Of a DNA stretch of 64,000 bases, positions 62,455 to 64,000 are shown piece by piece. Made by a program: the position numbers and the translations under genes. The notes beneath the pieces were generated by a model that was not told the DNA's origin, did not search any database, and worked only from the letters and a program-made list of their open reading frames with translations. Origin of the DNA: an uncultured bacterium. Its GTDB lineage: Bacteria; Zixibacteria; MSB-5A5; CAIYYT01. Location: positions 288,001 through 352,000 of the forward strand of contig CAVSCK010000003.1 in assembly GCA_963726455.1 (NCBI GenBank). Direction: 5' to 3'. Position 1 is the stretch's first letter; every line of letters starts with the position of its first letter.

Positions 62455-63684
62455 TTAGAAATTAAACATCGAGTTAAACACCTTCTCCAACCGGCTGAAG
62501 GCGCGGTTGAACACGCCGGCGTCACGTCTCCCCTTTTCGGGATGATCAATGCCGTAGCGCACGAGGCCGTAAGCCGTCGAATAGATCGGATTGCTGACAA
62601 TCGCTGACATACCGGTGAATCCCTTGGGAATGCCGACACGCACCGGCATATCGAATATTTGCTCGGCGAGTTGGTCGATGCCACGCAGCAACGAGCCGCC
62701 GCCGGTCAGGACGATACCGCCGGCAACGGACTGGTAGAAGTTGGTGCGTTTGAGTTCCATCAAGACCAGCTTGAAGATCTCCTCCACGCGCGGTTCGATG
62801 ATGTTGGCGATGACGCTGCGTGAGACCTCTTTGGGAGGACGGTCACCCACAGTCGGAACGGTGACCATTTCTTCCGCATCGACGAGACTCACCATGGCAG
62901 CGCCGTAGTCGATCTTGATTTGTTCAGCGTGATCGACGGGAGTACGCAGGCCGATGGCCAGGTCGTTGGTGATGTTGCGACCGCCGAGGCCGATGACAGA
63001 GGTGTGCCGGATTGAGGAATCGGTAAACAGCGCCAGGTCAGTGGTGCCGCCGCCGAGGTCGATCAGCACGGTGCCCAATTCCATTTCATCGTTGTTGAGC
63101 ACGCAGAGGGCGGACGCCAACGGCTGCAGGACGAGGTCGTTGACTTCGTAGTCGGCGCGCCTGATTGATTTATAGATGTTCTGCGCCGAGGTAATCGCGC
63201 CGGTGACGATGTGGACTTCGGCTTCCAGGCGCACACCGGACATTCCAACCGGGTCCTTGATACCGCCCTGGTCATCGACGATAAATTCCTGCGGCAGGAT
63301 ATGGATAATTTCACGGTCGGCGGGAATGGCCACGGCCTTGGCGGCGGCAATGACGCGCTCGACATCATATTCGGAAATTTCGTTATCGGATCGGCTGACA
63401 GCAATTACGCCGCGCGAATTGATGCTTTTGATATGGTCACCGGCGATGCCGGCGTAAACGGAATCGATTTCGATTTTGGCCATTTCCTCGGCGGCAGTGA
63501 CGGCGCGCTCGATGGAGCCGATGGTCTTTTCCAGATTGACAACCACACCGCGCTTGAGTCCTTCAGACGGCGCCGTGCCGATACCGATGATCTTTTCCTC
63601 GCCATCGGGGGACACCTGACATATCAAGGCACAGATTTTGGTGGTGCCGATATCCAGTCCGCAAACGATTCTTTCAGATGCCAT
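62455..63684 (-). CDS. ftsA: Cell division protein FtsA
   Basis: GLDIGTTKI, IDLGGGTTD, GIVLTGGGS. Confidence 0.99.
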   Translation of the reverse strand: MASERIVCGLDIGTTKICALICQVSPDGEEKIIGIGTAPSEGLKRGVVVNLEKTIGSIERAVTAAEEMAKIEIDSVYAGIAGDHIKSINSRGVIAVSRSDNEISEYDVERVIAAAKAVAIPADREIIHILPQEFIVDDQGGIKDPVGMSGVRLEAEVHIVTGAITSAQNIYKSIRRADYEVNDLVLQPLASALCVLNNDEMELGTVLIDLGGGTTDLALFTDSSIRHTSVIGLGGRNITNDLAIGLRTPVDHAEQIKIDYGAAMVSLVDAEEMVTVPTVGDRPPKEVSRSVIANIIEPRVEEIFKLVLMELKRTNFYQSVAGGIVLTGGGSLLRGIDQLAEQIFDMPVRVGIPKGFTGMSAIVSNPIYSTAYGLVRYGIDHPEKGRRDAGVFNRAFSRLEKVFNSMFNF

Positions 63685-64000
63685 TGCTTGCCTCTCTATT
63701 TATAGTTCTTGTTCTCAAAACAGCCAGGTCAACAAGCCGGAGATCGAGGTCGAGCCCGGGATTCTTGTTGCCGGTCAGGATATTTTGCAAACGATCAATC
63801 TTCTTGTCATTGTCCCCCCACCCGTAGTTGACGACGATCGAGCCGGGCTCGAAGATGAGGCCCAAGCCGGATGCGTTGACGCGCACCTCGGAAAGGTTGG
63901 CGAAGACGTCGGGGCGCTTGCTACGTAGATCGACGACCAGCCGCAGCGCCGAGCGCAGTTCGGGCTTGTCGATGATCTGGTACATCTGGACGGTGTCGAC
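63674..64000 (-). CDS. ftsQ: Cell division protein FtsQ/DivIB, C-terminal part (truncated by window end)
   Basis: LSEV, KIDRL, LDLR motifs; directly upstream of ftsA. Confidence 0.7.
   Translation of the reverse strand, partial: VDTVQMYQIIDKPELRSALRLVVDLRSKRPDVFANLSEVRVNASGLGLIFEPGSIVVNYGWGDNDKKIDRLQNILTGNKNPGLDLDLRLVDLAVLRTRTINREASNGI

Overview
This is a GC-rich chromosomal window from a diderm bacterium. The gene set is compatible with an FCB-related candidate phylum such as Zixibacteria, but that is inference only. The backbone holds the pyrC 3' end, a glycosylation cluster (GT4, GT2, ArnT/PMT-TPR, DegT), tamA/tamB, an ECF sigma with its zinc anti-sigma, outer-membrane barrels, dsbD, trxA, a ccmABCDEF operon with a CxxxY-type CcmE, two lepB genes, a radical SAM/SPASM-lipoprotein pair, mprF-acvB, tyrosine phenol-lyase, glyQS-recO-ftsB-eno, blaI-blaR1(M56)-TonB and ftsQ-ftsA-ftsZ. 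Many genes at 3.7-7.8 kb, 21.7-36 kb and 41-48 kb carry single-base frameshifts, most likely long-read consensus errors. Intergenic DNA is rich in several REP-like palindrome families, including a 56-bp and two ~120-bp tandem arrays. The most notable signal is two inverted copies, about 46 kb apart, of one transposase-free cassette (794-2998 minus; 48709-52637 plus). Both copies share a ~255-bp upstream arm (REPs, TTGACA promoter, palindromic operator, RBS+GTG) and a ~580-bp non-coding downstream arm. They enclose completely different AT-richer cargo, and each cargo encodes HTH proteins plus an RxxxxH HEPN-type protein. This looks like an exchangeable defence-cargo platform embedded in REP clusters; the mechanism cannot be determined from this window.
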